A DNA stretch of 64,000 bases, taken from Vampirovibrionales bacterium. Its GTDB lineage: Bacteria > Cyanobacteriota > Vampirovibrionia > Vampirovibrionales > JAJTHC01. Location of the stretch: the NCBI GenBank assembly GCA_046080605.1, contig JBJTUH010000131.1:733-64732 (forward strand), in the 5' to 3' direction. Within the stretch, counting starts at the first letter, position 1; the number at the start of each line of letters is the position of its first letter. Below, in pieces: positions 1-11,159 of the stretch. The position numbers were made by a program, and so were the translations under genes. The notes beneath the pieces are model-generated. The model did no database searches. It was not told the DNA's origin and worked only from the letters and a program-made list of their open reading frames with translations.

Positions 1-154
1 AAAAGATATCCCCCCTCATACCACGGTGATAGGTATGGGACACCAAGTACAAGTGACCTCTGCAAAAGGGTACAAGCTCCCCCAACCGATCGCTTTAAAG
101 CAGTATCTCGCCTTAAATCCGTAGTCCTCTTTTCTCGCCCACGCCTGAGTTTAA

Positions 155-197
155 ACCCAAACAAAAGGGGATAACACTTACAACACGTGTTATCCCC
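155..197 (-). terminator. Rho-independent terminator downstream of metK
   Basis: Perfect 11-bp stem GGGGATAACAC/GTGTTATCCCC (167-177 / 187-197). On the minus strand it is followed by TTTTGTTTGGG, directly 3' of the metK stop. Confidence 0.6.
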
Positions 198-244
198 TCT
201 TTTATACACTTACCAAGTTTGAAATAAGCAAGAGTCTATGCTCA

Positions 245-1540
245 CTACACCCCCGCAAGCTGTAGCTGACATTGCTCAAACGCACGCTTTAAAGCATCCA
301 CTTTATCTAAGCGTTCCCAAGGAACATCAAAATCTTCACGTCCCATATGCCCATAAGCGGCAAGGTTTTGATAGAAACGTCCACCATGCAATTTAGGAAG
401 CTCAGTCAGTTTAAACTGGTCAATAATCGCTGCAGGACGCAAGTCAAAGGTCTCAGCAATAAGCTTGGCAAGCTCACGGTCATGACACTTCCCTGTGCCA
501 AAAGTGTCCACAAAAATAGACACTGGTTTCGCAACCCCAATGGCATAGCTCACTTGAATTTCACAACGGTCTGCCAATCCGGCAGCCACAATGTTTTTTG
601 CAACCCAACGGGTAGCATACGCCGCAGAGCGATCCACTTTTGTGGGGTCTTTGCCACTAAATGCACCGCCACCATGACGAGCGTATCCCCCATAGGTATC
701 CACAATGATTTTACGACCTGTTAAACCACTATCACCCTGAGGTCCTCCAACCACAAAACGTCCCGTAGGATTAATAAAGTAACGGGTTTCCGCACTGGGC
801 TGAATGGTCATTTCCTGAAAAACAAACCCTATGACGTGCGTAAGCAAATCCTCACGAATCCGTGCCTGTAAGGCAGCATTATCTGTATTACCCTCAATAT
901 CAGGATCATGTTGGGTGGAAATGACAATGGTATCAATCCCAACAGGCTGACCCTCTTGGTACTTCACGGTGACTTGCACCTTGCCATCAGGGCGTAAATA
1001 AGAACATAATCCGCTTTTACGAACTTCCGAAAGCCGACGGGCTAAACGATGCGACAGTGCAATGGGTAAAGGCATCAAGTTTTCTGTTTCACGGCAGGCA
1101 TACCCAAACATCATCCCTTGGTCTCCTGCACCCGTTTGATTATAAAGGTCTTCCTGTGTTTGAAGACGGATTTCCTGTGCCTCATCCACACCTTGGGCAA
1201 TGTCTTTCGACTGTTCATCGATACTCACGATGACCCCACAGGTTTTGCCATCAAAACCACCGGCTTTTTCTCCAATATAACCAATGTCTTGAATGGTGTG
1301 CCGTACCACAGAGCTAATATCAACATAACAGTTTGCTGTCACTTCCCCTGTCACCAATACAAGTCCTGTGGTTGCCATAACCTCTGCAGCAACACGTGCC
1401 TTGGGGTCTTGAGCCAGAAACGCATCAAGGATGGCATCTGAAATCTGGTCACATATTTTATCAGGATGACCCTCTGTAACAGATTCAGACGTAAATAAGT
1501 AAGTATAAGGTAGTGAAGTACTGAACATACGATAGAACAA
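245..1540 (-). CDS. metK: S-adenosylmethionine synthetase
   Basis: The N-terminus [27 protein letters not shown] and the [19 protein letters not shown] motif are MetK hallmarks. The true start is probably the internal Met (MFSTS…) near 1528. Confidence 0.95.
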   Translation of the reverse strand: MFYRMFSTSLPYTYLFTSESVTEGHPDKICDQISDAILDAFLAQDPKARVAAEVMATTGLVLVTGEVTANCYVDISSVVRHTIQDIGYIGEKAGGFDGKTCGVIVSIDEQSKDIAQGVDEAQEIRLQTQEDLYNQTGAGDQGMMFGYACRETENLMPLPIALSHRLARRLSEVRKSGLCSYLRPDGKVQVTVKYQEGQPVGIDTIVISTQHDPDIEGNTDNAALQARIREDLLTHVIGFVFQEMTIQPSAETRYFINPTGRFVVGGPQGDSGLTGRKIIVDTYGGYARHGGGAFSGKDPTKVDRSAAYATRWVAKNIVAAGLADRCEIQVSYAIGVAKPVSIFVDTFGTGKCHDRELAKLIAETFDLRPAAIIDQFKLTELPKLHGGRFYQNLAAYGHMGREDFDVPWERLDKVDALKRAFEQCQLQLAGV

Positions 1541-1881
1541 CTTTCTTTAACTCAAAGCACTCAGCAATAACAAGAAGACTTAAGGGTCCAATGCTTTCAA
1601 AGGAAACCATTGAAGATCCGTATTATCAGTGGAGAAGAAGCACATGAGAACACTAACGTAGGGGGGTGAAAAAATCTAAACACAGCATCACAAAAAGAAG
1701 GATACCCAGACAGTCAAAGCATTAGGGCTAAACTGTAGGAGGTTATCATACTATAAGGATACTTTCCCTTCTAGTGTAAAGTTTCTCTCTCATCAGAAAG
1801 CATATCAGCACATAAGACAATCTCCTCTTTTCTCATCGTCAAAGAGGAGGCATCCTTTGAAACATACTCATTTGAGAAAAC

Positions 1882-3732
1882 TTAACTTGAGGTCTCTTGA
1901 TAATACACCCAGTGTAACAAGTGGTTTACATGCTGCAGAAGATATTTTTCTTGATAAGAGAGCTGAGGTAGCTGAAAATACGTTTGCAGTTCTTGTTGCC
2001 ATTCATTCAAAAGAGCGTAACTCACTGGTTGTGGACGCTGCAGCACTTGCTGTAGTCGTAAAAGGGTTGCTTTGGTAGGCGTAGAAATTTTGTCAACTGT
2101 TGCAGATTCCAATGCGTCTTGCAAGATTTTTTTCAATAACACTCGGCTGTGAAGATAAGGTATATACTGTACCTGTTGACGATGCACCGACGCTTTTAAA
2201 CCCTCCAGTGCATGAGGTGGGAGGTGCATAGAAGAAAAAGCAGTATAGCCATAAAAGCCTTCTAAACGATTAAGCTGAATGGCTTGAATCAGTTTACGGG
2301 TTTTCATTTTATGAGCAGGAACCCCTGGCATCAGCCAGTAAGGATGTGCGACTTGCGTAGGTGCCATTGCTTTTAATTGCTTGAGTTGTGCATGATACTG
2401 GCTCAAGGTACTAGGATAAATCATCGGACTCAACCCATCTAAATACCCTTGAGAAAGCCAATGTTCCCACTGTTGATGAATCCCAGAGAGTCTTACAGAA
2501 CGAGGCGTTGGATACACTGCGGCCGATAAAAAAAGCTGTGGTCGCTTCTGGCGCAAACTTTGCGTAAGATGTCCCATGAGGGTATTGAGTGCCTGAAGCT
2601 TCCAAGACGACCAAGAGGATGATGACCATTTTTTAGGCTCAATCTGCTGAGCCTTTTGCCAAAGAGTATAACTGGCTGACCCCATGCCTAAAGGATGATG
2701 ACTTGGCTGAAAAGGATAACGAATGTAATCAAACTGCACCCCATCCAAAGGATATCGCACAACAAGCTCTCCTAGTGCTGCTTTTAGAAAGTCCTCTGTC
2801 ACAGGGCTGGCAGGATCAAGCCATATTTCATCTTGCTGAGGTGAGACAGTAACACCTCCTGATACTGTTTTTAAAAACGCACGTTGCCACAATGCCTGCG
2901 TTTGAGCCTGGCTCACGGTAAGCAACGGTGAAATAGGATGAGGTTTAAAACCTTTAGGCAACTTCGTTTTTAGACGCTGATTTCCCACAGCCATCGTCCA
3001 TACCCAAGCCACAAGTTGCATGCGATGCTTTTTGGCAGAGGTGATTGCACTCGCCAAAGGGTCCCACTGCTTAAGCTCTGGGTACTTTGGGTAATAGCTA
3101 CTATGAAAGAAGGCATAGCCACCATTCACCGCTTCAAAAAAGACCATGTTAAAGCCAGCATCTGCCAAACGTGCCATCAATTCATCCATACCCTGGGGTG
3201 TTTTTGCCTTCAAAATGGTCGTTCGATCCACCCACACCCCTCGCATTTCGGCGGCAGAGGAAACCGTCGTCTGTTTTGTCGCATCATCTAATGTCGTTTC
3301 AATAAGGTGAATGTTCTCTTGAGAGAGCCCTTCTTTTACATACATTTGTACATAGTGCTGGGCTTTCTCTAGACGTGCTTTTGTGGCAATCAGTGCTTCA
3401 GCACGTGCAACATTTGGCATAAGCCCAAAAGCCTTAGAAGGCTTGGTCATTTGCATATTCAAGAGGGTTAGACTCCACTGAAGCTCTTGCACAAGACCTT
3501 GTGTATAGGGCACAGAACGTTGCCCTTGTGTAGGTTGACCATGTGCTGACGTATCCTCTTGATGCACAGCCACCTGAGGTTGTGCATAACTTAAAGGTAA
3601 AACATACAGTCCGCACATCAAGGCCACAACCACGCTACAAGCCAATATCAAAGCCTGTACCCGAAACCATCTCAAAAGCAACGTCATGCACTTCAATGGG
3701 CTTTCTGTTCTAGCAACGACTCTAACGAACAT
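1882..3732 (-). CDS. Glycoside-hydrolase-like (GHL10 / YngK-YddW family) exported protein with N-terminal TM/signal anchor
   Basis: The GVWVDRTT…FNMVFFEAVNGGYAFFHSSYYP…LVAWVWTMAVG block is typical of GH-like family 10 lipoproteins. The hydrophobic N-terminus is MTLLLRWFRVQALILACSVVVALMCG. The real start is probably the Met at about 3687. Confidence 0.55.
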   Translation of the reverse strand: MFVRVVARTESPLKCMTLLLRWFRVQALILACSVVVALMCGLYVLPLSYAQPQVAVHQEDTSAHGQPTQGQRSVPYTQGLVQELQWSLTLLNMQMTKPSKAFGLMPNVARAEALIATKARLEKAQHYVQMYVKEGLSQENIHLIETTLDDATKQTTVSSAAEMRGVWVDRTTILKAKTPQGMDELMARLADAGFNMVFFEAVNGGYAFFHSSYYPKYPELKQWDPLASAITSAKKHRMQLVAWVWTMAVGNQRLKTKLPKGFKPHPISPLLTVSQAQTQALWQRAFLKTVSGGVTVSPQQDEIWLDPASPVTEDFLKAALGELVVRYPLDGVQFDYIRYPFQPSHHPLGMGSASYTLWQKAQQIEPKKWSSSSWSSWKLQALNTLMGHLTQSLRQKRPQLFLSAAVYPTPRSVRLSGIHQQWEHWLSQGYLDGLSPMIYPSTLSQYHAQLKQLKAMAPTQVAHPYWLMPGVPAHKMKTRKLIQAIQLNRLEGFYGYTAFSSMHLPPHALEGLKASVHRQQVQYIPYLHSRVLLKKILQDALESATVDKISTPTKATLLRLQQVLQRPQPVSYALLNEWQQELQTYFQLPQLSYQEKYLLQHVNHLLHWVYYQETSS

Positions 3733-4073
3733 TCATCACATCCTTACACCAAGACCACTCTAAGAGAAAGCATCCAACGCAAAAGCAACGCCAGATTGAC
3801 TAAAATAACCCTTCGACCAAACCACACCCACCATGAAGCACCCAAAAGCCTTGTTCAAACATTAATAGGAGTTCTTCATCACTCGTCGTTGAGAGACTCC
3901 TACAAATGCTTGACTCTACACAATGTTCTTATTAAGATAACTAAGCGTTTTAATGGCTTCAAAGTTAACATAGTGTTTAAAGTGACGGTGACCCTCTGGC
4001 ACTTGCACATTTTATTTGATACACCGTGTTTTGATTCTAACATGGTGCTTTAATCAAAAATTGATGTGCAACA

Positions 4074-4087
4074 GGGAATATATTCCC
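4074..4087. promoter_or_regulatory. 14-bp perfect palindrome GGGAATATATTCCC (candidate operator) upstream of rpsM
   Basis: Read directly from the sequence. It lies about 160 bp upstream of the rpsM start, in the divergent intergenic region. Confidence 0.25.
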
Positions 4088-4247
4088 CTCTCCTTTTTAC
4101 ACAGGTATTTGCCTAGCGGGCAACCTCACTTAGTTTGAGGTTATTTTTATTTTATAATTCACATTTTAGAGTTTTAAGTAAAAATGCCTTGGTCATTAAA
4201 CCTCTCTTGTTTCATCATTTTTCATGATATAGAAAGTATGAACGTCC

Positions 4248-4619
4248 ATGGCCCGTATCGTCGGGATTGACCTACCCAAGCGTAAAAAAGTGCGTTTTGC
4301 ACTGCCTTACATCTATGGGATTGGCCCCACACTCTCTGTTAAAATCCTTGCTGCTACTGGTGTTGACCCAGACAAACGTGTTTCCGATTTAACCGATCAT
4401 GAAGTGGCTTCCCTTCGTGACCAAATTGAAAACAATTACATTGTGGAGGGGGACCTACGTCGCCAAATCGCACTCAATGTAAAGCGTTTGATGGAAATTA
4501 ACTGCTACCGTGGTATTCGCCATAAGCGTGGGTTACCTTGTCGTGGTCAGCGTACTCGTACCAATGCTCGTACACGTCGTGGCAAAAAAGGTGCACCTAT
4601 GAAAAACAAGAAGAAGTAA
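4248..4619 (+). CDS. rpsM: 30S ribosomal protein S13
   Basis: [34 protein letters not shown]… is the canonical S13 N-terminus. The basic C-terminus is also typical. Confidence 0.95.
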   Translation: MARIVGIDLPKRKKVRFALPYIYGIGPTLSVKILAATGVDPDKRVSDLTDHEVASLRDQIENNYIVEGDLRRQIALNVKRLMEINCYRGIRHKRGLPCRGQRTRTNARTRRGKKGAPMKNKKK

Positions 4620-4765
4620 GCATCTTTCGTAAACGCTTCGTTGAATGGTTTAAAAAAGATGACGTTCTGTTTTTCGTTGCATAGGCTGACTGGTTCAGTG
4701 TCTCTTATGAAACACGTTGTGAATCGCTAACGCTTTTTAAACTTATTTATAAGGAAATTTTCTCC

Positions 4766-5158
4766 GTGATGGCTGTTTCTAAATCTAAAGGTAAAAGACG
4801 CGAGAAAAAGAACGTCCAGTATGGTGTCGTTCATATTCAATCTTCTTTTAACAACACCATTGTGACCTCCACTGACCGTGAAGGAAACGTGATTGCTTGG
4901 GCAACCTCTGGCTCTTGTGGCTTTAAAGGCGTTCGTAAAGGAACTCCTTTTGCAGCACAACAAGCCTCTGAAATTGTTGCTAAACGCTCCATGGAACATG
5001 GCATGAAGTCTGTTGAAGTCATGGTATCTGGTCCTGGGCCAGGTCGTGAAACAGCAATTCGTTCCTTGCAAGTGGCAGGTCTTGAAATTACTTTAATTAA
5101 GGATGTAACCCCTATTCCTCATAACGGGTGTCGTCCTCCTAAGCGTCGTAGAGTGTAA
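4766..5158 (+). CDS. rpsK: 30S ribosomal protein S11
   Basis: [48 protein letters not shown] is the S11 signature region. Confidence 0.95.
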   Translation: MMAVSKSKGKRREKKNVQYGVVHIQSSFNNTIVTSTDREGNVIAWATSGSCGFKGVRKGTPFAAQQASEIVAKRSMEHGMKSVEVMVSGPGPGRETAIRSLQVAGLEITLIKDVTPIPHNGCRPPKRRRV

Positions 5159-5316
5159 GCGGCTGCACTTATCGTCGTTGCGTTGCGTTTTATCTTTAAA
5201 AGACCCATGGTTGCTTAACCCTCAACGATGTTTAAAAGATACAATGCACATGTGTTTGTCTCATTACAACAACTCTCGTATTTGCTACTGTTTGAACCTT
5301 ACAAAGGAGTACGTCC

Positions 5317-5940
5317 TTGGCTCGTTATCGTGGTTCGGTTTGTCGGTTATGCCGCGCCGAAGGAAAAAAACTCTACCTTAAAGGAGATCGTTGCGATTCT
5401 CCTAAGTGTGCTATTGAAAAGCGTAATTTTGCCCCTGGGCAACATGGACGCAACCGTAAAAAACCTTCTGAATATGCCATTCAGTTGCGTGAGAAACAAA
5501 AAGTGCGTCGTGCTTACGGCTTGCTTGAAAAAAGTTTCTATCGCTACTATGAGCAAGCTTCTCGTAAAAAAGGTAATACGGGTACTTTGTTACTGCAAAG
5601 CCTTGAGCTTCGCTTAGACAACTTTGTATATCGCTCAGGGTTGATTGCTTCAAGAGCCCAAGCTCGTCAAGCCATTCTGCACGGACACTTCCTTCTTAAC
5701 GGAGAGAAAGTGAATATTCCTTCTCATCCCGTGAAAGTAGGCGATGTGGTCACAGTGCGTGAACGTAGTATCTCTATTGTACGTGCAATGTACGAGTCAC
5801 GTCAGTCTAAACCTATGTTACCTGTTTGGATTGGGGCTGACTATGATGCGTTAAAGCTTTCCGTATTGGCACAACCTCAACGTGAAGACTTTGATGCAAC
5901 GATTCAAGAACAGCTCATTATCGAATACTACTCTCGCTAG
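5317..5940 (+). CDS. rpsD: 30S ribosomal protein S4
   Basis: MARYRGSVCRLCRAEGKKLYLKGDRCDSPKC zinc-ribbon N-terminus. A C-terminal S4 domain is present. Confidence 0.95.
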   Translation: MARYRGSVCRLCRAEGKKLYLKGDRCDSPKCAIEKRNFAPGQHGRNRKKPSEYAIQLREKQKVRRAYGLLEKSFYRYYEQASRKKGNTGTLLLQSLELRLDNFVYRSGLIASRAQARQAILHGHFLLNGEKVNIPSHPVKVGDVVTVRERSISIVRAMYESRQSKPMLPVWIGADYDALKLSVLAQPQREDFDATIQEQLIIEYYSR

Positions 5941-5985
5941 TGCCATCCTTTTCCAAGCTATACAATTCTGGAGGTTTTCTCTCTT

Positions 5986-6954
5986 ATGGATCATCCATTG
6001 ACCATTAAATGTGTCAATACTACTACGGCCTCTGATGGCTCTATCTATGGCAAGTTTGTCATAGAGCCATTAAACCGTGGTTATGGTACCACGCTTGGTA
6101 ACTCGCTGCGTCGTGTGTTGCTCTCAAGCCTTGAGGGGACAGCGATTACGTCAGTGAAAATCGAAGGTGCTTCTCACGAGTATACACCCATTCCTGGTGT
6201 GAAAGAAGATTGTCTTGACATTCTTCTTAATCTTAAGGGCGTGGTGCTTAAGTCTCTTGACCACGATACCCACGTGCTAACATTGCAAGCCAACAAAACA
6301 GGGGCTGTGTTAGCGGGTGAAATTGAGTGTCCTCCTGAAGTCAAGGTCATGAATCCTAACTATGTCATCTGTCATTTAAATGAGGGTGCCTCTGTTGCGA
6401 TGGAAATGACTTGTGAAACAGGCAAAGGCTATGTAGCTGCGGATGCTCAACACGTAGGTAAAGTGGCAAATGTCTTAACGCTTGATGCTTCCTACATGCC
6501 TATTCGTCGTGTAGCATACTTGGTAGAAGACACTCGTGTAGGACAGAAAACCGACTACGATCGTCTTGTGCTTGAAATTTGGTCTGACGGTAGCATTGAT
6601 GTTACGTCTGCCCTGTCTCAGTCAGCAAGCATGCTCATTGACCACTTAGTGCCAATTGCATCTCTTGACGGTATCCCTAAACAGCTTGCTCCTCAAGCAC
6701 AAGAGGTTGAAGCTGAAGAGAAGCAAGTTCCTTCAATTACCATTGAGGATCTTGAACTTTCAGTGAGAGCGTTTAACTGCCTCAAGCGTGCCAATATTCA
6801 TGACATGGAAGAGTTACTTCAAAAATCTGAAGCTGACCTCCTTTCCATCAAGAACTTTGGTAAGAAGTCTTCTGATGAAGTCATTGAGCGTTTAGCTGCT
6901 TTTGGGCTGTATCTCAAACCAAACCCTGAGGGTGTGATTTTGCCCACGGAATAG
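5986..6954 (+). CDS. rpoA: DNA-directed RNA polymerase alpha subunit
   Basis: YGKFVIEPLNRGYGTTLGNSLRRVLLSSLEGTAITSVKIEG plus the C-terminal domain motif AFNCLKRANIHDMEELL. Confidence 0.95.
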   Translation: MDHPLTIKCVNTTTASDGSIYGKFVIEPLNRGYGTTLGNSLRRVLLSSLEGTAITSVKIEGASHEYTPIPGVKEDCLDILLNLKGVVLKSLDHDTHVLTLQANKTGAVLAGEIECPPEVKVMNPNYVICHLNEGASVAMEMTCETGKGYVAADAQHVGKVANVLTLDASYMPIRRVAYLVEDTRVGQKTDYDRLVLEIWSDGSIDVTSALSQSASMLIDHLVPIASLDGIPKQLAPQAQEVEAEEKQVPSITIEDLELSVRAFNCLKRANIHDMEELLQKSEADLLSIKNFGKKSSDEVIERLAAFGLYLKPNPEGVILPTE

Positions 6955-7022
6955 GTTAGAGACTCTTTTTCTTCCTTGTTTCTCTATTCATCTTTTTTTT
7001 GGAATAGGATGTTACTTACATT

Positions 7023-7463
7023 ATGCGTCATCGTGTTAAAAAGCATAAACTTGCCTTGGCAGCAGACCAACGTAAAGCTCTGTTAAGAACTTTACTAACG
7101 AGTTTGCTTCAACATGGCGAGATTGTCACGTCTTTAGGGCGTGCAAAAGCCTTGGCTCCTTTAGCCAATAAAGTGATTCACTTAGCCACTAAGGGTGATA
7201 CCGTGCATCATATTCGTCAGGTTGCTCGTTTAGTTTACCCTGTTTACACAGGTGAAATTATTGAAGACACTAAAAGCGATAAATTGATTGAGGAAACCGT
7301 CCTACGTCGCTTATTCAGAACCATTGCCCCTAGCTTTGAAAAAGCCCAAGGTGGTTATGTTCGTGTGTTACACTTGCCTCCTCGTCGTGGTGATGCTGCG
7401 CCCATGGCTCTTGTCCAAATTGTAGGGACCGAGCCTCAAGCAGAGTCTGTTGTTGAAGCCTAG
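7023..7463 (+). CDS. rplQ: 50S ribosomal protein L17
   Basis: MRHRVKKHKL… N-terminus and GGYVRVLHLPPRRGDAAPMALVQIV C-terminus match L17. Confidence 0.9.
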   Translation: MRHRVKKHKLALAADQRKALLRTLLTSLLQHGEIVTSLGRAKALAPLANKVIHLATKGDTVHHIRQVARLVYPVYTGEIIEDTKSDKLIEETVLRRLFRTIAPSFEKAQGGYVRVLHLPPRRGDAAPMALVQIVGTEPQAESVVEA

Positions 7464-7550
7464 GTAAGGTTTTTTCAATAAGACGATAGCTTCAGTAAGC
7501 GTATGTCTTTTCACCTTTAGGTTCTTACTTTCTGTTTAGTTAGGTTTTTT

Positions 7551-7994
7551 ATGCAAAAAACATTCTCTGAAAAACCACAAAACGTTGAAAAAACCTGGTG
7601 GCTTGTGGATGCTAAAGGTCAAACCTTAGGTCGTCTTGCTACTGTGGTTGCCAACTTGCTTCGTGGTAAACACAAACCTTCTTACACCCCTCATATTGAC
7701 TCTGGTGATTTTGTCATTGTCGTCAATGCTGAGCATATTCAAGTGAGTGGTAAAAAGTTCAAAACCAAACTTTATCGTCACCACACAGGAAACCCTCGTG
7801 GGTTCCGTCAATTCACCTTTGAGCAAATGATGGATCGTCATCCTGAGCGTATTCTTGAGAAAGCCATCTTCGGTATGTTGCCTCACAATCGTTTAGGTCG
7901 TCGTCAATACACCAAGCTCAAAGTTTACACAGGTGCTGAGCATCAACATGGTGCCCAACAACCTCAAGTCTATGAATTCAAGGAGGCTCACTAA
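7551..7994 (+). CDS. rplM: 50S ribosomal protein L13
   Basis: [47 protein letters not shown] is the L13 core. Confidence 0.95.
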   Translation: MQKTFSEKPQNVEKTWWLVDAKGQTLGRLATVVANLLRGKHKPSYTPHIDSGDFVIVVNAEHIQVSGKKFKTKLYRHHTGNPRGFRQFTFEQMMDRHPERILEKAIFGMLPHNRLGRRQYTKLKVYTGAEHQHGAQQPQVYEFKEAH

Positions 7995-8410
7995 TGCCTA
8001 AAAAAGGAACGACTTACCCTCAGGTAGGTACACGTGGTACGGGTCGTCGTAAAGAAGCCATCGCTCGTGTGCGTTTGCTTCCTGGCAACGGTACCCTTCT
8101 GATTAATGGACGTACTGTGGAGGATTACTTCGGTAATCGTCCCAGCCTTCTTGTACCTTTGCATCAAGCATTAGTTGCTGCGAATGTACAAGACCGCTAT
8201 AACGTCTTGGCAAAAGTTGAAGGGGGTGGCTTAACAGGTCAAGCCCAAGCTATTCGTTTAGGTGTCGCTCGTGCCTTGAGTGACATTAGCCCTGAACATG
8301 AAAAAGTCATGCGTCTTGAAGGCTTCATGACCCGTGATGCTCGTGTAAAAGAGCGTAAAAAATACGGTCGCAAAAAAGCTCGTAAGCGTTTCCAATTCTC
8401 CAAACGCTAG
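7994..8410 (+). CDS. rpsI: 30S ribosomal protein S9
   Basis: [19 protein letters not shown]… and the C-terminal [17 protein letters not shown] match S9. Its start overlaps the rplM stop in a TAATG junction. Confidence 0.95.
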   Translation: MPKKGTTYPQVGTRGTGRRKEAIARVRLLPGNGTLLINGRTVEDYFGNRPSLLVPLHQALVAANVQDRYNVLAKVEGGGLTGQAQAIRLGVARALSDISPEHEKVMRLEGFMTRDARVKERKKYGRKKARKRFQFSKR

Positions 8411-8430
8411 ACCCTGTTTTTCATCAACCA

Positions 8431-8470
8431 AAAGTATCTCGCTTGTATATACAAGCGAGATACTTTTTTT
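8431..8470. terminator. Bidirectional rho-independent terminator between convergent rpsI and metX
   Basis: Perfect ~15-bp stem AAGTATCTCGCTTGTA / TACAAGCGAGATACTT with an A-run 5' and a T7 run 3'. Confidence 0.75.
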
Positions 8471-8502
8471 CGTATGGTCTTTTTATAAAAAAGCAAACCT
8501 GA

Positions 8503-9720
8503 TCACTCAAAGCAATCTCTTAAAAATTGATGTAATCCTTCTCGCTCAAGTAAAAAAGCATCATGCCCTATACTACTATGCAAGGTTTGATGCCGTACTT
8601 GCAATTTTGCATGTTCAGGCAAGCTATGTAATACATTTGCTGCCAAATGATGGCTTTCTTCTGGAGGAAATAACCAATCACTATCATAGCTTAACACATG
8701 CAAACTGTGTAAGTTTGGGGTTTGATGAATCAGTCTTAAGTCATCTTCCACATCAAAATAATCAATCGCTCGTGTTAAATACAAATAACTATTGGCATCA
8801 AAACGCTGTGTAAATTTTCTTCCTTGATGTGCTAAGTAACTTTCAAGTGCAAACTCTATCCCAAAATGATAGTTAGGTTTAGCCTGAAAAGGATTTTGAA
8901 ATCTACGTCCTGTTTTCCGTTCCAGAGAAAGAGGGCATAAAAAGCTCAAATGTCCCAACTGCCTTGCAATAGACAAGCCACTTTCAGGACCTTCCCCTAT
9001 CGGGTAAAACCCTCCTTGCCATGCAGGGTCTAACTGTACAGCCTGTCTCCCCACAGCGTTAAGCCCCAATGCCATCGGACTAAGTCTTGCCCCTGAGGCA
9101 ATCACCACAAGCTTTTCAATGCTAAAAACAGCATTATTTTCAGGTGTTTCTAAGGGGTCATGCGTTGCCCATTGCAACGTTTGGCATCCTCCTAACGAGG
9201 CACCCATCACACAGGCAATGTGTGTCAATCCGAGCATACGTAGTAAGCGTCTTTGGCATCGAACCATATCAGGAATCGTAATCACAGGAAAGTTCATTTG
9301 ATAAACCTCTCCGGTGCGTGTATTCACACTCGTAGGACCTGTACTACCATAACAACTCCCAAGAACATTACTGCAAACCACAAACCAACGTTGTGTATCA
9401 ATCACACCTCCAGGACCTATCGTGCCATCTTGCCATGTACCCCACCATCCCTCTGGCGCATCAGGCTCACGCTGGCAAACATGCGCATCTCCCGTCAGGG
9501 CATGGCAAATGAGCACAACATTATCTTTGGTAGGAGAGAGCGTTCCCCATGTTTCATACTGAATCCAAACTTCTTCTAGCTGGTCACCACACTCAAGCGG
9601 CAAAGGATTTTCTGAGGTCGCAACACACACCCGTCCCTGATAATGAGAAGGAAACGACGTATCACAAATAGACTCTGATGTATGAGAAGAAGAAAACGTT
9701 AAAGGCAATGAAGATAACAT
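8503..9720 (-). CDS. metX: Homoserine O-acetyltransferase
   Basis: Alpha/beta-hydrolase MetX motifs VVLICHALTGDAHV, WWGTWQDGTIGPGG and the nucleophile elbow VMGASLGGCQTLQWA. Confidence 0.85.
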   Translation of the reverse strand: MLSSLPLTFSSSHTSESICDTSFPSHYQGRVCVATSENPLPLECGDQLEEVWIQYETWGTLSPTKDNVVLICHALTGDAHVCQREPDAPEGWWGTWQDGTIGPGGVIDTQRWFVVCSNVLGSCYGSTGPTSVNTRTGEVYQMNFPVITIPDMVRCQRRLLRMLGLTHIACVMGASLGGCQTLQWATHDPLETPENNAVFSIEKLVVIASGARLSPMALGLNAVGRQAVQLDPAWQGGFYPIGEGPESGLSIARQLGHLSFLCPLSLERKTGRRFQNPFQAKPNYHFGIEFALESYLAHQGRKFTQRFDANSYLYLTRAIDYFDVEDDLRLIHQTPNLHSLHVLSYDSDWLFPPEESHHLAANVLHSLPEHAKLQVRHQTLHSSIGHDAFLLEREGLHQFLRDCFE

Positions 9721-9824
9721 AGACGTTCAAAAATTCAGTGAGAAAAAACAGACCCCAAGAAAAGACAGGAACCCCTCTTATCACTTGCTTAGGTCATAAG
9801 AGTGGGGTTCCTTATAAAAAACAT

Positions 9825-11159
9825 TTACCCTACAGAGGCAGGCAACAAAGAAGCACTACGAGAAATCTCTATCGCTTGTTGTAAGTCTTGTATCACATCC
9901 TCAGTATCTTCAAGCCCTATACTCAAACGAATAAACTCGGGAGTCACGCCTGCAAGATACAGCTCTTGTTCGTTCAACTGAGAGTGGGTTGTAGAGGCTG
10001 GATGAATAATCAAGGAACGACTATCTCCAATATTTGCAACATGGCTTAACAGCTTCACGTTTTCCACAATAGACTTTGCACGTTGCTGTGCCTCCTGTCC
10101 TTCTCCACGAATCCCAAACCCAATAATAGCACCTGCACCTTTGGGTAGATACTTCTCTTTTAAAGGTGCATTGGTGGCAGTGGGTAATCCTGGATAATTG
10201 ACCCAAGCCACATCAGGATGACGCTGCAACCACTGTGCCACCTGCAATGCCGTTTCACTTTGGCGTGCAATACGTAACCCCAAGGTTTCACACCCTTGAG
10301 CAAATAACCAACTATTGAAAGGACTCAATGCTCCTCCGTAGTTTCTCAAGGTAATCGTACGAAGCCGTAGAATAAAGGCCAAAGCTCCAAACGCCTCAAC
10401 AAAATTAAGCCCATGATACGCTGGCTCAGGACTATGAAAACTGGTAAAACGTCCAGAGGCTTGCCAGTCAAAACGTCCTGCATCAATGACCACGCCGCCA
10501 ATCGAGGTACCATGACCGCCTATAAACTTGGTGGCAGAATGAATCACAATATCGGCTCCAAACCGAATGGGTTGTAACAAGTAGGGCGTAGGCACAGTGT
10601 TATCTACAATCAAAGGGATGCCATGGGCATGAGCCATCGACGCAATGCGTTCTATATCCACGATATCAAGTTTGGGGTTTCCCAAACTCTCTACATAAAA
10701 TGCTTTCGTACGAGGCGTAATGCTCTCTTCCCAAGCCTCTAGGTTATGAGGATTGACAAACCGAGTTTGAATTCCCAGCTTAGGAAGAGAGTGTTGAAAT
10801 AAACTGAGGGTACCACCATACAAATCAGTTGAGCTGACGATGTCATCTCCTGCCTCACACAACGTGAGTAATGTTTGAGCCACAGCAGCATGTCCTGAAG
10901 CAACCGCTACGGCTGCGGCTCCCCCCTCTAATTGTGTGATACGTTGCTCAAACGCATCCGTAGTAGGGTTCATTAGACGTGTATAAATGTTACCAAAGCT
11001 CTGCAACCCAAACAAACTGGCAGCATGGGCAGCACTGTCAAACGTATAACTGGTCGTTTGATACAAAGGTAATGCCCGTGCATGCGTTGTAGGGTCAGGG
11101 GTGTATCCTGCATGAACGGCTTGTGTAAAAAATCCTTGTTCTGTTGGAGACATACGCAT
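9825..11159 (-). CDS. metY: O-acetylhomoserine sulfhydrylase (PLP-dependent Cys/Met metabolism family)
   Basis: Fold-type I PLP enzyme. The region NPTTDAFEQRITQLEGGAAAVAVASGHAAV… and the lysine region SATKFIGGHGTSIGG match it. Confidence 0.85.
   Translation of the reverse strand: MRMSPTEQGFFTQAVHAGYTPDPTTHARALPLYQTTSYTFDSAAHAASLFGLQSFGNIYTRLMNPTTDAFEQRITQLEGGAAAVAVASGHAAVAQTLLTLCEAGDDIVSSTDLYGGTLSLFQHSLPKLGIQTRFVNPHNLEAWEESITPRTKAFYVESLGNPKLDIVDIERIASMAHAHGIPLIVDNTVPTPYLLQPIRFGADIVIHSATKFIGGHGTSIGGVVIDAGRFDWQASGRFTSFHSPEPAYHGLNFVEAFGALAFILRLRTITLRNYGGALSPFNSWLFAQGCETLGLRIARQSETALQVAQWLQRHPDVAWVNYPGLPTATNAPLKEKYLPKGAGAIIGFGIRGEGQEAQQRAKSIVENVKLLSHVANIGDSRSLIIHPASTTHSQLNEQELYLAGVTPEFIRLSIGLEDTEDVIQDLQQAIEISRSASLLPASVG

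Noticed and set aside
347-1441. Plus-strand ORFs 347..724 and 1118..1441 inside metK
   Set aside because: They lie antisense inside a highly conserved gene. Other antisense ORFs nested in rpoA, trpB, clpX, nadB, the UvrD helicase and elsewhere were rejected for the same reason.
1541-1881. SAM-I (S-box) riboswitch upstream of metK
   Set aside because: I expected one for metK but could not find the conserved S-box elements (P1 CUCUUAUCAAGAG, GGUGGAGGGA, GCAACC) on the minus strand. Only a generic 9-bp hairpin is present. This should be left to an Rfam scan.
4120-4160. Sigma70 promoter for rpsM (TTGAGG…TATAAT)
   Set aside because: A TATAAT box is present, but the spacing to any acceptable -35 is wrong (12 nt to TTGAGG, and weak hexamers at 16-18 nt). 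This is too uncertain to annotate.
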